Shown: piece after piece, positions 50,073 through 63,825 of the stretch
Numbering within the stretch: the first letter of the stretch is position 1
How the letters are laid out: each line of letters opens with the position of its first letter
Source: Callorhinchus milii
Taxonomy: Eukaryota
Direction of reading: 5' to 3'
Assembly: GCF_018977255.1 (NCBI RefSeq)
Contig: NW_024704742.1
Span: forward strand, 82,214,001 to 82,278,000
Length of the DNA stretch: 64,000 bases
Program-made: the position numbers and the translations under genes
Notes under the pieces: model-generated
Told to the model about the DNA's origin: nothing
What the model saw: only the letters and a program-made list of their open reading frames with translations
The model's database searches: none

Positions 50073-52049
50073 CTAAACAAACATTGGAATCTGTTAAGAA
50101 AGGAAACTGTGCTTAAACCCAGCAATCTCTAATGAGATGTCTTACTATAGATAGGTTAAACTTCTGGACAGTATTGAATGTATCACATTTGGTCCTTTCG
50201 GCCACTAATGAGATGCCCATGTGCATCACCAACGGTATGACATGTAACACTGAATGGAATTTCTACCCTAGAGCCCTAAAATGAGCTTTGGCTCCAGTGA
50301 ACAGAAAATTATTTACTTATGAAGCAGATTTCCCATGAGATTACATCACATAGTTTGGTTACTGAACTTAATCTCCATTTAATAATAATACCCAAAGTCC
50401 CAAATTTGAAGTATTTGTGAGTGTGAAGCGTTAAATAAAGACTAGTTGCTAGAATTGGTGAGTCTGAACTCATTTGATTACAATCGCAGCGATTTGTCAT
50501 CTTCTGGCTCAGGAATCAGATTGCACATTTCATTTTTAGCAAAGCGTTTAAAGGATCGCTTAAAGAAAATATAGAGTGGTCTCAAAGTGGAGAAAGTTGA
50601 TTAAAATCTAATTTTGTAATGATGTTTCAGGGCAATCCGGAGTATAATATAATAATATAATATAATTTATGTAAAAAAGTATTTATATGAATAATGTAAT
50701 ATATTATAATTAATATATTTAATTCAACACTGCTCCAAAGCCCTACCTTGTGAGATGGGTGTTATATAAGTGCAAGCTGTTATTGCTGCATTTAGCATAG
50801 CACTTTTGGACACTGCTGAAATGTCTCAGGTGCTTCATGGGATTTTTTTTAAAAATCCTGAAACTCTTTCAAGTTGTAACAAATAATTTCTTAATGATTT
50901 GGAAATAATTGGTCATTTTCCTGATGAACCTGATTGTTATCGATCCACTTGGTCTTAAATTCTGGGCAGCGTTCCACATAAGGCCTTGAATTGAATCGAC
51001 TACGGAATCGGATTTCTCCCTTTACGGTCTCTCATCGCCAAAAGTGCTAGGCATCATGTGCACTGGAATGTCAGCATAGCTGTGGTCAGGAATCTTTTAC
51101 ACCAAAGGCTGGAGAAATGTCACCTGTACAGTGATTGTTCTACTTTTGGGCAAAATCCTGAGACACTATAATTGTAACAGACCTTAGGGACATTGCAGAT
51201 GAAGAAATTTAGATGTTCACCATGAAAATAGTGGCAGTAACAAAAATAAATGGGCTTTGACTGTGCAATTGTACAGATTCACAATATGAACTTTACAAAC
51301 TTAAAATAACTCATGGATATTAGGATCTACTTAACTCTGATTCCTAAGAATCACAATTTTTCATTGCAGGTTTGTAAGGGATGCAGTGTTTTCAGGTTTC
51401 TGTTCAGATTTACAAAATTATACAACTTGTGGCTTCGAGTGATATTAAGTCCTTTGAGTGTGTTCCAGTTGTTATGTATTCTCCATGCAACATATTAGTA
51501 ATATCTGAATTTTAAAATATTGACACTTTGTTTATTTGTGTTTTGCAGAAAAACCTTGGAGGAGCTTCCATTTGTGATTGGATGCTTGTCAAGTTCTTTC
51601 CTCTGTGGTAAGATATCCACATGTGTTTCTGTTCAGCTTATTGACATTATGGGGCTTTCATTGTTTGTTCCAGCCTTACTCAAGAACATGCGTTTGACTG
51701 TCATGTTGGGAATATTTATAAGGAATTATAGAAATTTACAATGCAGAAGGAACCCATCAGGCTGCACTGGCTCTCAGAGCAAGTTGTTCATTCAATTCCA
51801 TTGTTCTCTGCCTTATGCCGATATTTCAAAAGAAGAAAAATAATCATAATAATCCTTACATTTGATATAGCTCCTTATCTCATCTTCAAGACGTCTCAAA
51901 GTACTTCACAGATTATACTGTAAAGTAAATTGACTGTATATTTTGTGAGCGGAATAACAATTGTCATTCAGTTGGGGAGAGGAGAACTGAGACTGGATGG
52001 TCTGCTGATATTCTTAGTTGGCTTTACTACAATTCTCAGTGATATTACA

Positions 52050-52532
52050 CAACAATCATAATTTGCATTTTTATAGCACCCTTCATGCTGGTTTCATCTT
52101 GGAGTGATGAAAATTAGAGGTGTTTCAGCCGGGATAAAGGGGAGGTGACAATAGGCACGGTCAAATAGAAAAGTTTTCAGGTCCATTTTGAAGACTGGTA
52201 AAGAGGGGGCAAGGCAGAAGGATTGAGGCAGAGAGTTCCAGAGAATCAAGATGTCATGGCTGAAAACATGGCTGCTGAGGTGGAGCAGAGGGTTTGAGTG
52301 ATGCACAAAAAGCCCAAACTGGCCAAGCAAAAGAGATGGGAAGAGGAGTGGAGTGCGCAAAATTTGGAAAGGTAGTAAGGTACTCGGGCATGAAATGATT
52401 TGTAGGTGAGTGTGAGGATCTTGAAAACGAGCTGTTCTGTGACAGGCAGCTAATGGAGGCTGGTAAGGATTGGGTGAGAATGATGCAGAGTTTGGTACAG
52501 GTGAGGATACGGGCGGTGGAGTTTTGATTCAT
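52050..52532 (-). mobile_element. Old L2 3' fragment
   Basis: QNSTARILT..LWNSLPQS..FKMDLKTFLFDRAY. Confidence 0.8.
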
Positions 52533-53692
52533 TTATCAGTGAATAAATATTTATCACTATCATTTGTCGGTAGTCGTTTGACATCCAACAAACGTAGATT
52601 TGAGCCCTCACTAGATGGATAGTGGGTACTAGGAACTCCCTGCAAGCTTCCTGGTGGGCAACGTATCTCAGCATGAAATGTGTGAGAGCTTTGTCACTGT
52701 CTTCCTAACTTTAGCTCGAGCACACGTGACTTCCCAAATAAATAGTGCATTGACTAGCAATTGACCAATAATGCACTATAAACTTGCAGCTGGCAAATTC
52801 AGCCAGATTGTTTTACTTTAAGGTCAGAAGTTCAGTAACTCAGAGTAGATTTATTTTGCATAAAATGAGTGAATCTACTGGCGTCTTGAAGACATCAACG
52901 CTTAGTTATTGCTCTGATATAATTTATCAGGTTAATAAACTTTTGGAATTTATTTTAAACTGAAGCACATGAATGTTTGTTGGAGGATGAAATACTGTGG
53001 TTAACATTTCCTATTTGGTAATAAAAGCAGATGTTTCTCTTGGCATATGAGCTCTGCTTGTTTTTTTACGTTGCCTTATGGAATTTGATATAATCTAGTG
53101 TTATTGCTGCATGGATCAAATGGCACACTCCTTTGTATTGTCATTAATCCAGAATAAGACCTCTGATTCTGTTCAATTTCAGAATCGTAGAGTTAGAGAA
53201 CAGAGGTCCAAAATTGTCCTTATCTTAGCCATAACATCATTTACTTAATATTTAGGATTGGGGTGGAATTTTCGAACAGTCTTAAATTCTCCTTAAAAAA
53301 TTCCCAATTAAGACTGAATTTGAGGCTTTTAAAGATTCCACAGAATTTTAATTTTAAGACTTAAATGTTTTTCTGTCAATATTCAGGCGATGTTTGGTGA
53401 AATGAACTTCCTTACTTTCTGTTTGATCATTATACAGAATTAGAAGTCTTGTGCTGCATCATCCAGCTGAGTGAAATCTTGACCAGGATTGTCAACCTGA
53501 AGTTTTTTACAGCAGTGTGGATGTCATGCTGTGAGAAACATGGCAAAATATTGATTTGTTGTTAGCCACAGTCCAATTAGTTGGTTTGGGTGACATTCAA
53601 TTACTGGGAAGCACTATGTATAATTAATCCTCTTTATTCTAATGCAAGCAAGTTCATCTCCATATGAAGTATCCCAAGAAACACATAATATT

Positions 53693-53812
53693 ACAACAAG
53701 ATTATATTTGTATAACGCCTTTCACGTCGGGAGGACGTCCCAAGGAGCCGGACAATGTACAGCATTTCAGACCCGAGCTGGTGTCAGGAGGAGAGAGGGG
53801 AGGGGAAGTGGG
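53693..53812 (-). mobile_element. L2 3' tail
   Basis: Matches the reverse complement of 35780-35888. Confidence 0.8.
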
Positions 53813-53822
53813 TTAATTAAAT

Positions 53823-54256
53823 TAATAATAATCCTTGCTTTTGATATAGCACCTTATATTGAGACATTGTCAAAAAGTTTACTCTAAAGTGGGGTCACTA
53901 TATTTGTAAGCAAACAGGCAAGTTCATTTGTCTCACAAAGAGCTAGGAAGTTAGCCCCTATTTTTTATTTGGGAGATTGTTGATCAGTATACAAGGAGAA
54001 ACTCCCTGCTTTCTTTTAACAGCATCATGGGATTAGTAGTATGCAGTGTCCACCCAACGAGGTAGACAAGAGTTTAACAACTCATCCAAAGGACCATACC
54101 TCCAACAATGCAGTCCTACCCGAGTACTCCACAAGGACTGCATTGGAGGGTTAGCTTATCTTATGAGACTATATGAGCTCAAAGTCCTGACCTGGCTTGA
54201 ATCCACAAACTTCTGATTCAGAGGTGAGAGTGCTACCAACTGAGGCAGACTGACAT
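53823..54256 (-). mobile_element. Old DeuSINE, near full length
   Basis: Head ttctgattcagaggtgagagtgctaccaactgagg, Deu domain and tail. Confidence 0.8.
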
Positions 54257-57146
54257 TAAAAACATACAGATCTTTTTCACCAGATAAGTACAGGATCATA
54301 TTGATACAATATATATTGTACTTCACCTAAATTAGATATGTCATTTTGGTTTATTGTTATTGATTTGTTTGAAAATGTTTGCAGATACATACACTATCAA
54401 CATATTGTATCAAACCAATTGCATTATTTTAGTCCTAAGGGATTACTTTACAAAATCAGCCATAATAGAATCATGTTCTATATAAAGAATCACTGGCAAT
54501 GTAGACAGCTCTGTTATGAAATACAGTTTGCGCTGCATGACTATCTGTAGTGCAACAGACAACAAATTTGATCTCTTGTCCTGTGTTTTTGAAATTGTTC
54601 AAAAAACATTATTTTACAATCTGTGCTGTCTGCTACTATTTCATCATCACCTTTGGGTACCTGGATTCCACACATGGAAATTTTGAGCGTGCAAGTCAGA
54701 GTCTCCTCGTGATTTGGCCCTTCTACTTGGCAGTGAATACAAAGATATTTGAGAAATGTCCCTAAGGTGACACATAGGTTGCTCTTGTAAAGGTGGCAGA
54801 TCAGACTATTTCAAGACTGTGCCAAGACCTTTGGTATTGCTGCTCCCATATACCCTTCCTGACCTGAATTATTTAGCTGTGAATACACGATGAATATTCA
54901 TTCTTGGAATATTAATTCACAGCATCGACAAGCCCTTCACATCTTATCCTCCAAGTGAGCAGATAACAACAATTCAGACAGTGAAATCCTGTGTATGTTG
55001 CATACAAATGAAGCCTATTCACACAATGGGGATAAACCATTCCCTCTGCCTGTTCCTATCCCTCTCAGGGGACTCAAGGGGTGCATACTAAACATCTGTC
55101 TTCCTGATAATTATTTGTTCCGGTGTATAAATCTGACCGTAATTTTACATGTGTTGACCTGTGGAGGATATGACTCAATGATGGTCCTATATATTTTTGA
55201 CCAACGCTTAGACTCCCAAAGACTTTCTTTGTCTAGGTTCCTGACTTAACCAATCCAAATAAAGGTACAGTCAACAGAGTGAAAAGTGTTCCAAGTAGGT
55301 TGTGACAACAAGCCCATCTTCATGTGAGACTCCAGCACATCTATCTACCAATATGTTATTAAGTCAGTACAGTGCAATAAACAATGTCTGCTCGCTACAT
55401 TTAAGAGTAAATCACCCTGTTTTTATGAATTTCAGACCTATTTTTGATAACTGAAAATGACCAAAAGCACAGTCGAAATGATAGGTCTTCATAACTCTCT
55501 GTGTAAATATATTGTTTCTGTCCTAATATTACTCTTCACAACTTATCTCTATGCTTTGGTGCATCTGAACATACTGAACTGTTTGTTTTATCTATCCTGG
55601 TAAGTATCATTTATATGATACAAATTTACATTCATACAGTATCTTTCACATTGAGAGGATAACCCAATGTGCTTGACAATCCTGGCTTGGCACCTGTGCT
55701 GGGAGGGAAAAGAGGAATGAAAGCACAAAGAGGTACGTCTTGAGGCAGATCTTGAAAGAGTGAGTCGTGGGGACTCCAGGTGGAGGTCCAGAGAGTGGGA
55801 CTTATATATATTCATAAAACTCCCTTTGAGTGACCTCTTATTCGAGATTGATAATCTCTAGTTTATCTAATTGTTCCTCATAGCCCACAAAATACACAGT
55901 CAATTCACTTCACAGTATATTCCGTGAAGTGCTTTGAGATGTCTCAAAGACGTGATAAGGCACTATATCAAACCCAATTATTATAGCATATCCCTCAAAC
56001 ATTTGGGGATCTGTTTCATCCCTCTCCTTCACACTACCTTGAGATCCTGGGTAGACCTCTACATTTTGGCAACCATAACACGATGCAATACTCTCAGTTC
56101 TTGCCTGAAGACAGCACTGTACAGTTTGAGCATGATGTCCGGGGAATCTAAACTTACCTATTTTGCTGGAGCAGCTCAGCACCGTGTTTATTGCTGAAAG
56201 TGTTTGTATTTGTATATATTGTGCTAACGGCCCATGTGTACATCAATTGACTTTATCCTCCAGATAATCCACACGGCTCTGCACAACTGTTGCAAACAGC
56301 TGATTCCACATGGGTTGCAACCAAGCCTTGTGCTAAGTGCTTGGCTCGATCCACAGTTTTTTTTTATATGATTTCCCTCAGCTATATTTTCCTTTTGCTA
56401 ATGTAAGTAAATAACAGCTTGATAAGCATTACATGTTTTCCTCATTTGGAAGACTGGGGCTTTCCACGCTGGACTTTCATCTCCAGTTCCTGGGTTTTAA
56501 TCCAGAAAGGTGTATAGGATGAAAGTGCTAGTACCTCACTTCCCAGCAGATGCAACGCCACATCTCAATATTGTCTGAATTCCATTTCATTTTGTGGAAC
56601 TCACTGTTTTGCTTGCCGTTGATCTCAGTTAACTTGCTGCTCTCATTTGTCCTGGAGAATAGATTGCTTGTCAGTCAGAAAAAGTAAAAAAGGAGGGAGC
56701 CCAAAAGAGAGAGCAAATGTGAACAAAATAATTTAAAGGAATGGGGACTTTATCCTTGCGGCCTCGATAAATTCTGCTTTCCCATGCGGCATAAAAGCAC
56801 ACGGAAATTAATTGACGGCAGGCATCGATTGTGTGCATTGAGCGCTGCCAGTATAATCAGTATGGTCTGCGTTGTATAGCTTCTGACAGTTTTGTAGCTC
56901 TTTTACCGTTCATCCTCGTAAAGTCTGGTCATAATCTTAACACTGAATGCAAGTGTTTGATCTTAACTTGTTACAAAACTTTCACAAAAGGGCCCTTTTC
57001 CCTTTTTATCCCTTTGATCAAAATAAAGTCTAATTCACCTCAGATGCTGCAAATTTGTGGTGGGCCCGAAGGTGAGGAATTTATTTGTTAAGATGATTAC
57101 TGTATTCTCTAGAGTTATTGAACATTGTTTTCTGTCCTATTCATTT

Positions 57147-57425
57147 GGTGTCAGCCTGGCTCAGTTGATAGCACTTTCGGCTCTGAGTCAGAAGGTTGTG
57201 GGTTCAAGTCCCACATCAGTCCATGGATCCCATGTTGTCTATACTGACACTTCTAATGTGGTCTTGGATGTACTACATTGTAGGAGGTTGAGTCCTTTGG
57301 ATGAGATGTTAAAACAAGGTCCCAGCTGCTTTATTCATGTGGATCTTAAAGATCCCATAGCACTATTCGAAAAATGAATGCAGGTTTTTGCTGGTATCCT
57401 GGAAAACAATTCCCCCAAATGAAAA
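57147..57425 (+). mobile_element. Old DeuSINE 5' part
   Basis: gtcagcctggctcagttgatagcact..ctctgagtcagaaggttgtgggttcaagtccca..ttggatgagatgttaaa..aaagatcccatagcactattcgaa. Confidence 0.85.
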
Positions 57426-57569
57426 TATACTGTTATTGCATTGTTGTTTCTTTCTGCAATTCACTGGTTAATAATTGTAATAAAGCTAACCTGCTGTGAA
57501 AAAGCACCACTCGGTAAACATAAAACAATGGAAGGTGCAGATCCATTTGTGATCTGTACTGAGTTAACT

Positions 57570-57891
57570 GAATCCTGTAGCTCAGTGGTTAGAGCACTCG
57601 CTTTGCAAGTGAGAGACCTGAGTTCAATTCCAGGCAGAGGGCGAAACCTTGGGCAAGTTTTCTTACTCCACACGCCTAATAATAATCCCTCCAAAAACAC
57701 CAAAAACAAAAATAAATTGGTCATTTTCAATCTACGACTGTTTGTGGGACATTGCTGTGCGCAATTGGCTGCCGCGTTCGCCCACAAATATACAGTCAAT
57801 TCACTTTACAGTGTGTTCTGTGAAGCGCTTTGGGACGTCCTCCCGTTGTGAAAGGCGATATATCAAATGCAAGGATTATTATTATTACTAT
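57570..57891 (+). mobile_element. Full-length young SINE
   Basis: Matches 5426-5751. Confidence 0.95.
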
Positions 57892-59139
57892 CTCAGCCGT
57901 CACAATAGTTTGGGAGCGACAGTTGTCTTCTGTGCCATTGGGGAAAGGACCATCAGCCAGAGTTCTTGCTCCTAATCACCAATCAAAGATCCTTAGTAGA
58001 CAGTTTACATGTGTCGTTTAAGGCAGGCAATGAGCTCATCTCGATCCACATCTGATCAATAACAACAAAATTACATTTATATAGTGCCTTTCATGTTGGG
58101 AGGACATCCCAAAGTGCTGGGCATGATGCCCAAAGGCACTGAATCAAATAACCAGCAATACTTTGCCCCCAATCTCTGAAACTCTCTTCTGATATCCATC
58201 TGCCTCTCCTCCTTTCCCTCTGCTTTCAACTCTCTAACTACTGAACATATCTCTTTGACTACGCATTTAACCACATTCTACCTTCCCCCATGCCTCCCTC
58301 CTAACAAACTGAGACCTTGTAAAGCATTTTGAGACTTTCTCCTATATAAGTGCAACCTGTTGTTATTGACCTTTCCTAAAGCTAACATCAACTGTGGTGA
58401 GGTGGTGAATGATCTGGAGGATCCCTTTAAGAAAGTTGTGGTGTTAAACAGTATATTTTGTCAGGCAACCTTCCACAATTCTATTGTGATAAATTCACAT
58501 TCTGGAACATATTTTTACTTCTTTTCCCCCTCTATTCAATCACCGTGTTGACTGCTGTCTATAGATACAATAGAAGACTTATTTATTGTGCTTATTATAT
58601 TTCCAAGCTCTATTTTCTTTGTCCCAAGTCCCGTAAAGTTTTTTTTTCAAAACTTGCTGTTTTATTATTGAGCCCTTGACAAGTTCAGTTTTACAAATTA
58701 CCAAATGCTGACTTTGTGGATGATATCTTTCACCTCTCATTATCAACTAACCAAGGGCATTTTGGGGTAAATTGCCTCCAGTCAATTTATCTTCAGCCTC
58801 TGATTGATAGCAGCTCCTGTGTTCGCATTGAATGTGATGGACAACTTCCAGTCATTAATACCAATCACACTTCCTTACGCTGCTCAACTTTCAAAAATCT
58901 AAATTCTGTCTCAATCCCATCAAATTGGCTGTGATCATCATCTTGTTTGATTGAAGGCTATCTTACTAAGCTCTTTCTTTTTTAAGAAAACTGGAGAGAT
59001 CCCAATTTTGTTCAAACTTCAGATCAGAAAAAGAAATTGCCTTAGACAGAGAGTGCTCTCAGAAGTATTCCAGGAATACTGCACTGAGAATTATTTTGTG
59101 CCACCTTGCAGGTTTAGAAGAAGGAGTCAGAAATGATAG

Positions 59140-59645
59140 GCTCACAAGGTCTTTTACAGCACTGGATAGCATCTGTAACAGTGGTGGGATTGGTTGCCGA
59201 ACAAGGGAGAGAGGAAAGGTTAGGTGACCAGAGGCCATAGGTTGAAGAGGTAGGTCTTAAAGTGGGATTTAAAGATAGATAGAGAGAGATGGAGAGATTG
59301 AGGCAGGGAGTTCCAGAGGTTAGCGGTACAGTAAATGAAGGCTCGGCCATCAAAGAAGATGCAGAGGGATTACAGGATGCGCAGAGGTCTGTCCCATCTG
59401 ATTGAAGGGGGCGAGCAGAGGAGTGGGGTATAAGCAACTTAGAGAGGTAGGAAGGTGCTTGGGAGTCAAGGGATTTGTTTGTCAGGGTGAGGGTCTTGAA
59501 ATTGATCCTTTTGGAGACAGGGAAGCAGTTGAGCCTGGTGAAGATTGGGGTGATGGGTAGGCAGAGTTTGGTGTGGGTGAGGATATGGGCAGTGGATGAC
59601 CTGATCTTTTGGATAATGGAACTGGGAAAATCAGTGATCAGAGTG
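59140..59645 (-). mobile_element. Old L2 3' fragment
   Basis: Degenerate ITPI..L..LP..RI.FKTL..LWNSLP..FK.HLKT.LF. Confidence 0.7.
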
Positions 59646-60431
59646 GATTTGAGAAATCAAAAAAATCCCCCTTGCAAAAATGTCCTTATGGATTCCTTCA
59701 GTTGTCCCTTCTACCACAGTTAGTTTTTCAGATATATTTTGTGTAGATAGGCATGAAAGCACCTTTCCAGGTTCAGTACCAATTTAGGCTTTGTATTGGT
59801 TCTATCTGATTTTACTGGGAATGCTCCACTGACTTCCTTGAAGCCAATGGACTTGTTCTAGAATAGAATTGTATACATACCAATACCTCTGAAGAAATGG
59901 AACGGGGGTAAAGAATAGCAATCTACTACTGTATTTAACATCGTTTCACTCTGGGATACTGCCTTCAATGACAAAAAATTCCCTTCGATCCTTCATAGCC
60001 AAGCATTAGCCAACAAGCCACGAATCACTGGAACTCTCTTCCCAAATCTCTTCACCTTGTGTCTGCTTTCAAATTCCACTTAATCAATTAATTTTGTTCA
60101 ACACCTTTAAATTTCCCCTCCTCTCCTCACACTTGTTGATTCCTGTCGTCTCTTTGAAACACTTTAAGAAATTCATCCTGCATGGGATACACAATGTAAA
60201 GGCAAATTATTGTCCTTGTTGCTGCAAAACCTTGCTCGACCCCCTCCTTCAGGAGCTTGGGATGATATCCCAAAGACTTCCTCCTAGACCTGTGTTTGAA
60301 AATCTTTGTTGCATTGTGGAAAAGTTTGGACTTTTCTATTTGTTTATTTTCAGTGGTGTGCAAACTCCATAGTGTGATTATCTGCAGGATTCCTGGTTGA
60401 GTTTCTCTGGCCTAATCCATGGTGATATTGT

Positions 60432-60715
60432 GGAGTCCTGTAGCTCAGTGGTTAGAGCACTCGCTTTTCAAGCGAGAGACCTGAGTTCAATTCCAGGCAG
60501 GGCGAAAGCTTGGGCAATTTTCCTTACTCCACACGTCTAATAATAATTTTCAATCCATGACTGTTTGTGAAACATTAATGTGCGCAATTGGCTGCTGTGT
60601 TCGCCCACAAATATACAGTCAATTCACTTTACAGTATATTCTGTGAAGCGCTTTGGGACGTCTAGAAGACGTGAAAAGCGCTATATCAAATGCAAGGATT
60701 ATTATTATTATTATT
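60432..60715 (+). mobile_element. Young SINE with short internal deletion, tagaa loop variant
   Basis: Complete head and tail; lacks the ccctccaaaacc..ggtc segment. Confidence 0.93.
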
Positions 60716-61414
60716 GCCAATTATAATGGCTCTTGGGCCACACTAACTCACATCAACTAATTCTGAACAGACCATGAAACAAACATGGGACTATTGCCAT
60801 CAGCTTGACTCAGCTACTATCTGGATAAGCTTGTCAGTTATCAGGGTAACTAAATTCTGTTTCTAATATTGAATGAATGTGGAAGGATTGTACCAAATAA
60901 AGCAGAATGCCTTGATCATGTTTTCTCTTGAGAATAGTGCAATTGGATGGCAAAGAAAATCCCATGAAAATACATAAACATTAAAAACCAGAACAATTGT
61001 AAAGCTTCAAAGTAGATTAAATATTTAACAGAGAATTATTTTGACAGTAATTTGTTTTATGTTTGATATTTAAAATGCAAATCAATGATAAAATATCTTT
61101 CATAACCAGAAGGATGAAATGTATACATTTTTAATTACAGTTGTTTCTTCGACTGTCTTCAGCCAGTAGGGAAAATATTAATTAAACAAAGAAAATGAAC
61201 AAAATCATGTTGAGCAAAACATGTGATATGCTTTCCCAAATAATGCATTTGATGTTTCTTTGCAAAATGGTTTTAGCATCACATCTCTTGACAATACAAG
61301 ATGAATAAATTCAAGTTCATTACAGTTTAATAACTGAAAAGTTCCAATATTTCCACTTCAAACTGCATTATATTGTGGTTATCAATTTAGTCAATCTATT
61401 AAAGAGAACAGAAT

Positions 61415-61795
61415 CTAATGATAGCTCCATATTCTCACCCGAACTCTTCGGCCTCCTTTCAACCACGTTGGCTCGGGTGCTCCATCCCCCACTTATTGAG
61501 CACTGGCTGGCTTCATGAATCTCCACCAATATTCTCCCCTTTATCAGTGACGAGTTTTCAGCCATTCTGCCCCGGTCTCTGGAACTCCATCCTGGAGTCC
61601 CTCCAACTTGTTCCCTCTCGCCCCTTGTTCAAAGCAAGTGTCAAAAGGTGCCTCTTTGACTATATTTTTTGGCCATCTTTCCCCATTTCCTTCGGCTTCC
61701 ACTCCCAGCTCAGGTGCCGATATAGCATTATTAAGCATTTTCAGACATCTTCCCGACTTGAAGGGTGTTGCTTCAATGTAAATTGTATTGGTTTG
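61415..61795 (+). mobile_element. Old L2 3' fragment
   Basis: LWNSI..SL..FKA.VK..LFD and L2 tail. Confidence 0.7.
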
Positions 61796-61901
61796 TAAAA
61801 TCCAAATTCATGACAAAGTTCTTATAGAGGTCTGTCTCAATGTCTGGGATTACAAACTTATGCTTTATTATGTGAAGTGATGGTCGTATGATGGAACCAG
61901 T

Positions 61902-62205
61902 GGAGTCCTATAGCGCAATGGTTACAGCACTCGCCTCAATCGCATGAGTCTCCACTTATTCCTTACTCTGTCCCATATCTTCCTATTCCATGCATCGTGG
62001 TTCACGTGAGGATCTCGGTTTGATTCCCAGGCAGGGTGAAACCTTGCTCCATGTTTCCAAGCAAGCCAAGTTTCCTTAATCCACATGCCTTTGTTTGCCT
62101 AGCAGTAAGTAGGAACTTGGTTGTCAGTCGATTGGCGGATAATTTTTCTGGGGTAATAACACATTAAAAAAAAATTGGTCACTCAGATGCAAGGATTATT
62201 ATCAG
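61902..62205 (+). mobile_element. SINE, long-CORE subfamily, with 64-nt insertion in the anticodon loop
   Basis: Head interrupted at 61939-62002; carries cctagcagtaagtaggaact as in 21240-21596. Confidence 0.8.
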
Positions 62206-62268
62206 TATTAATAATAAAATTTACTGTATTTGGTATGGAGCCTTATCATGTTTATTGAAACACTGAAA

Positions 62269-63559
62269 AAAGTGGAAGAGGGCTAACTTCAGTGAGTTAA
62301 AAAGGGACCTAGCCAAGGTGGACTGGAAAGAAAGATTGGCAGGTAAAACAACTAAAGAGCAGTGGGAAGTCTTCAAAATGAGATAGCTCGGGGACAGAAC
62401 AAATACATTCCTACGAAAGGGAAAAGTAGGGCATCCAAACCTCCGTGGATGACAAAGTTAATTGTGTCTAGAATGAAGCAGAAAAAGGAGGCGCATGACA
62501 AATGTCAAACCCAAGATACAGAAGACAACCAAATAGAAGAAAGGAAATACAGAAGAGAACTGAAAAAAGAAATAAGAGGGGCAAAAAGATTATATGAAAA
62601 AAGATTAGCAGGTAACATTAAAGGGAATCCTAAAATATTTTACAAACATATCAAGAAAAAAAGGTTAGTCAAAGGTAGGGTGGGGCCAATTAAGGACCAA
62701 GGCGGAAATCTTATTGTGGAGGCAGAGGGCATGGCTGATGTGCTGAATGAGTACTTTGCATCTATCTTCACAAAAGAAGTGGATGCACCAAATGCCGCAG
62801 TATCGGAGGAGAGGGTAGAGGAGATGGATAGGATAAGTATAAACAGAGAGGAAATACTGCAAAGGTTGAATGCGCTGAAGGTAGATAAAGCTATAAAAAG
62901 GGCATACTGGGATATAAGGCTTGATAAATAGTGGCATAGAGTACAAGAGTCAGGAGGTTATGATTAACCTATATAAAACACTGGTTAGGCCTCAGTTAGA
63001 ATACTGCGCCCAGTTTTGGGCACCACACTATAGAATGGATGTTAAAGCATTGGAAAGGGCACAGAGGAGATTTACGAGGATAGTACCAGGAATGAGGGAT
63101 CTTGATTATGAGGAAAGGCTAGAGAGGCGGGGAATATTCTCATTGGAGCAGAGAAGGTTACGAGGAGACCTAGTAGAAGTTTTCAAAATCATGAGGGGAT
63201 TTGATAGGTTAGAAAGGGAAAAACTATTTCCACTGGTGGGTGTGTCGGTGACTCGAGGTCACAGATTTAAAATAGTTTCCAAAAGAAGCAGAGGGGAGGT
63301 GAGAAGAAATTTTTTCACGCAGCGAGTTGTTCAAATCTGGAACGCAATGCCTGAAAGGGTGGTCAAGGCCGATTCGATAACTACTTTTAAAAACGCGGTG
63401 GACGGGTATTTGAGGAGGACGGGTTTGCAGGGTTATGGGGAAAGCACTGGGGAGTGGGATTGACCTTACATTGTTCTTTTCAAAGAGCCGACACAAACTC
63501 GATGGGTCGAATGGCCTCTTTTTGTGCTGCACGATTCTATGATTCTACGATTCTATGAT
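62269..63559 (+). mobile_element. Young CR1 lacking the RT core, 6-bp TSD
   Basis: ORFs 62362..62931 and 62921..63463 are the CR1 ORF2 linker and C-terminus; (GATTCTAT)n-like tail; ctgaaa at 62263-62268 and 63560-63565. Confidence 0.93.
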
Positions 63560-63825
63560 CTGAAAGTGCTTCACGGAATTCTGTTGAAATGCAGTGACTG
63601 TGTATTTTGTAGGCGAAAGTAGCAGGAAATTTTGCATACAGCAATGCCACACAAAAAGCAACAGGCCAGGACACCAGGAAAATCTGCCTTCTTAATCACC
63701 ATATGCTGAGAGCCGAACACATTGTTGCTCATGTGGATGAATGGTGGTAATATGGATGAGTGATAAAATAACCCTAGCTGTGCCTGGTCTGCTTTTGACA
63801 TGTGACAAGTACACTGTTGAGCTAG

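Noticed and set aside
50640..50725. Extremely AT-rich stretch
   Set aside because: Low complexity with no defined structure.
52742..52779. 10-bp inverted repeat atagtgcatt/aatgcactat
   Set aside because: Short, no TSD and no second copy; insufficient support.
56158..56193. Possible 36-nt minus-strand exon with AG/gtaagt donor
   Set aside because: Poor pyrimidine tract and unrecognised peptide; expected by chance in 64 kb.
62362..63463. Two adjacent ~180-aa ORFs as a gene pair
   Set aside because: Fragments of one CR1 ORF2 split by a frameshift and a deletion.
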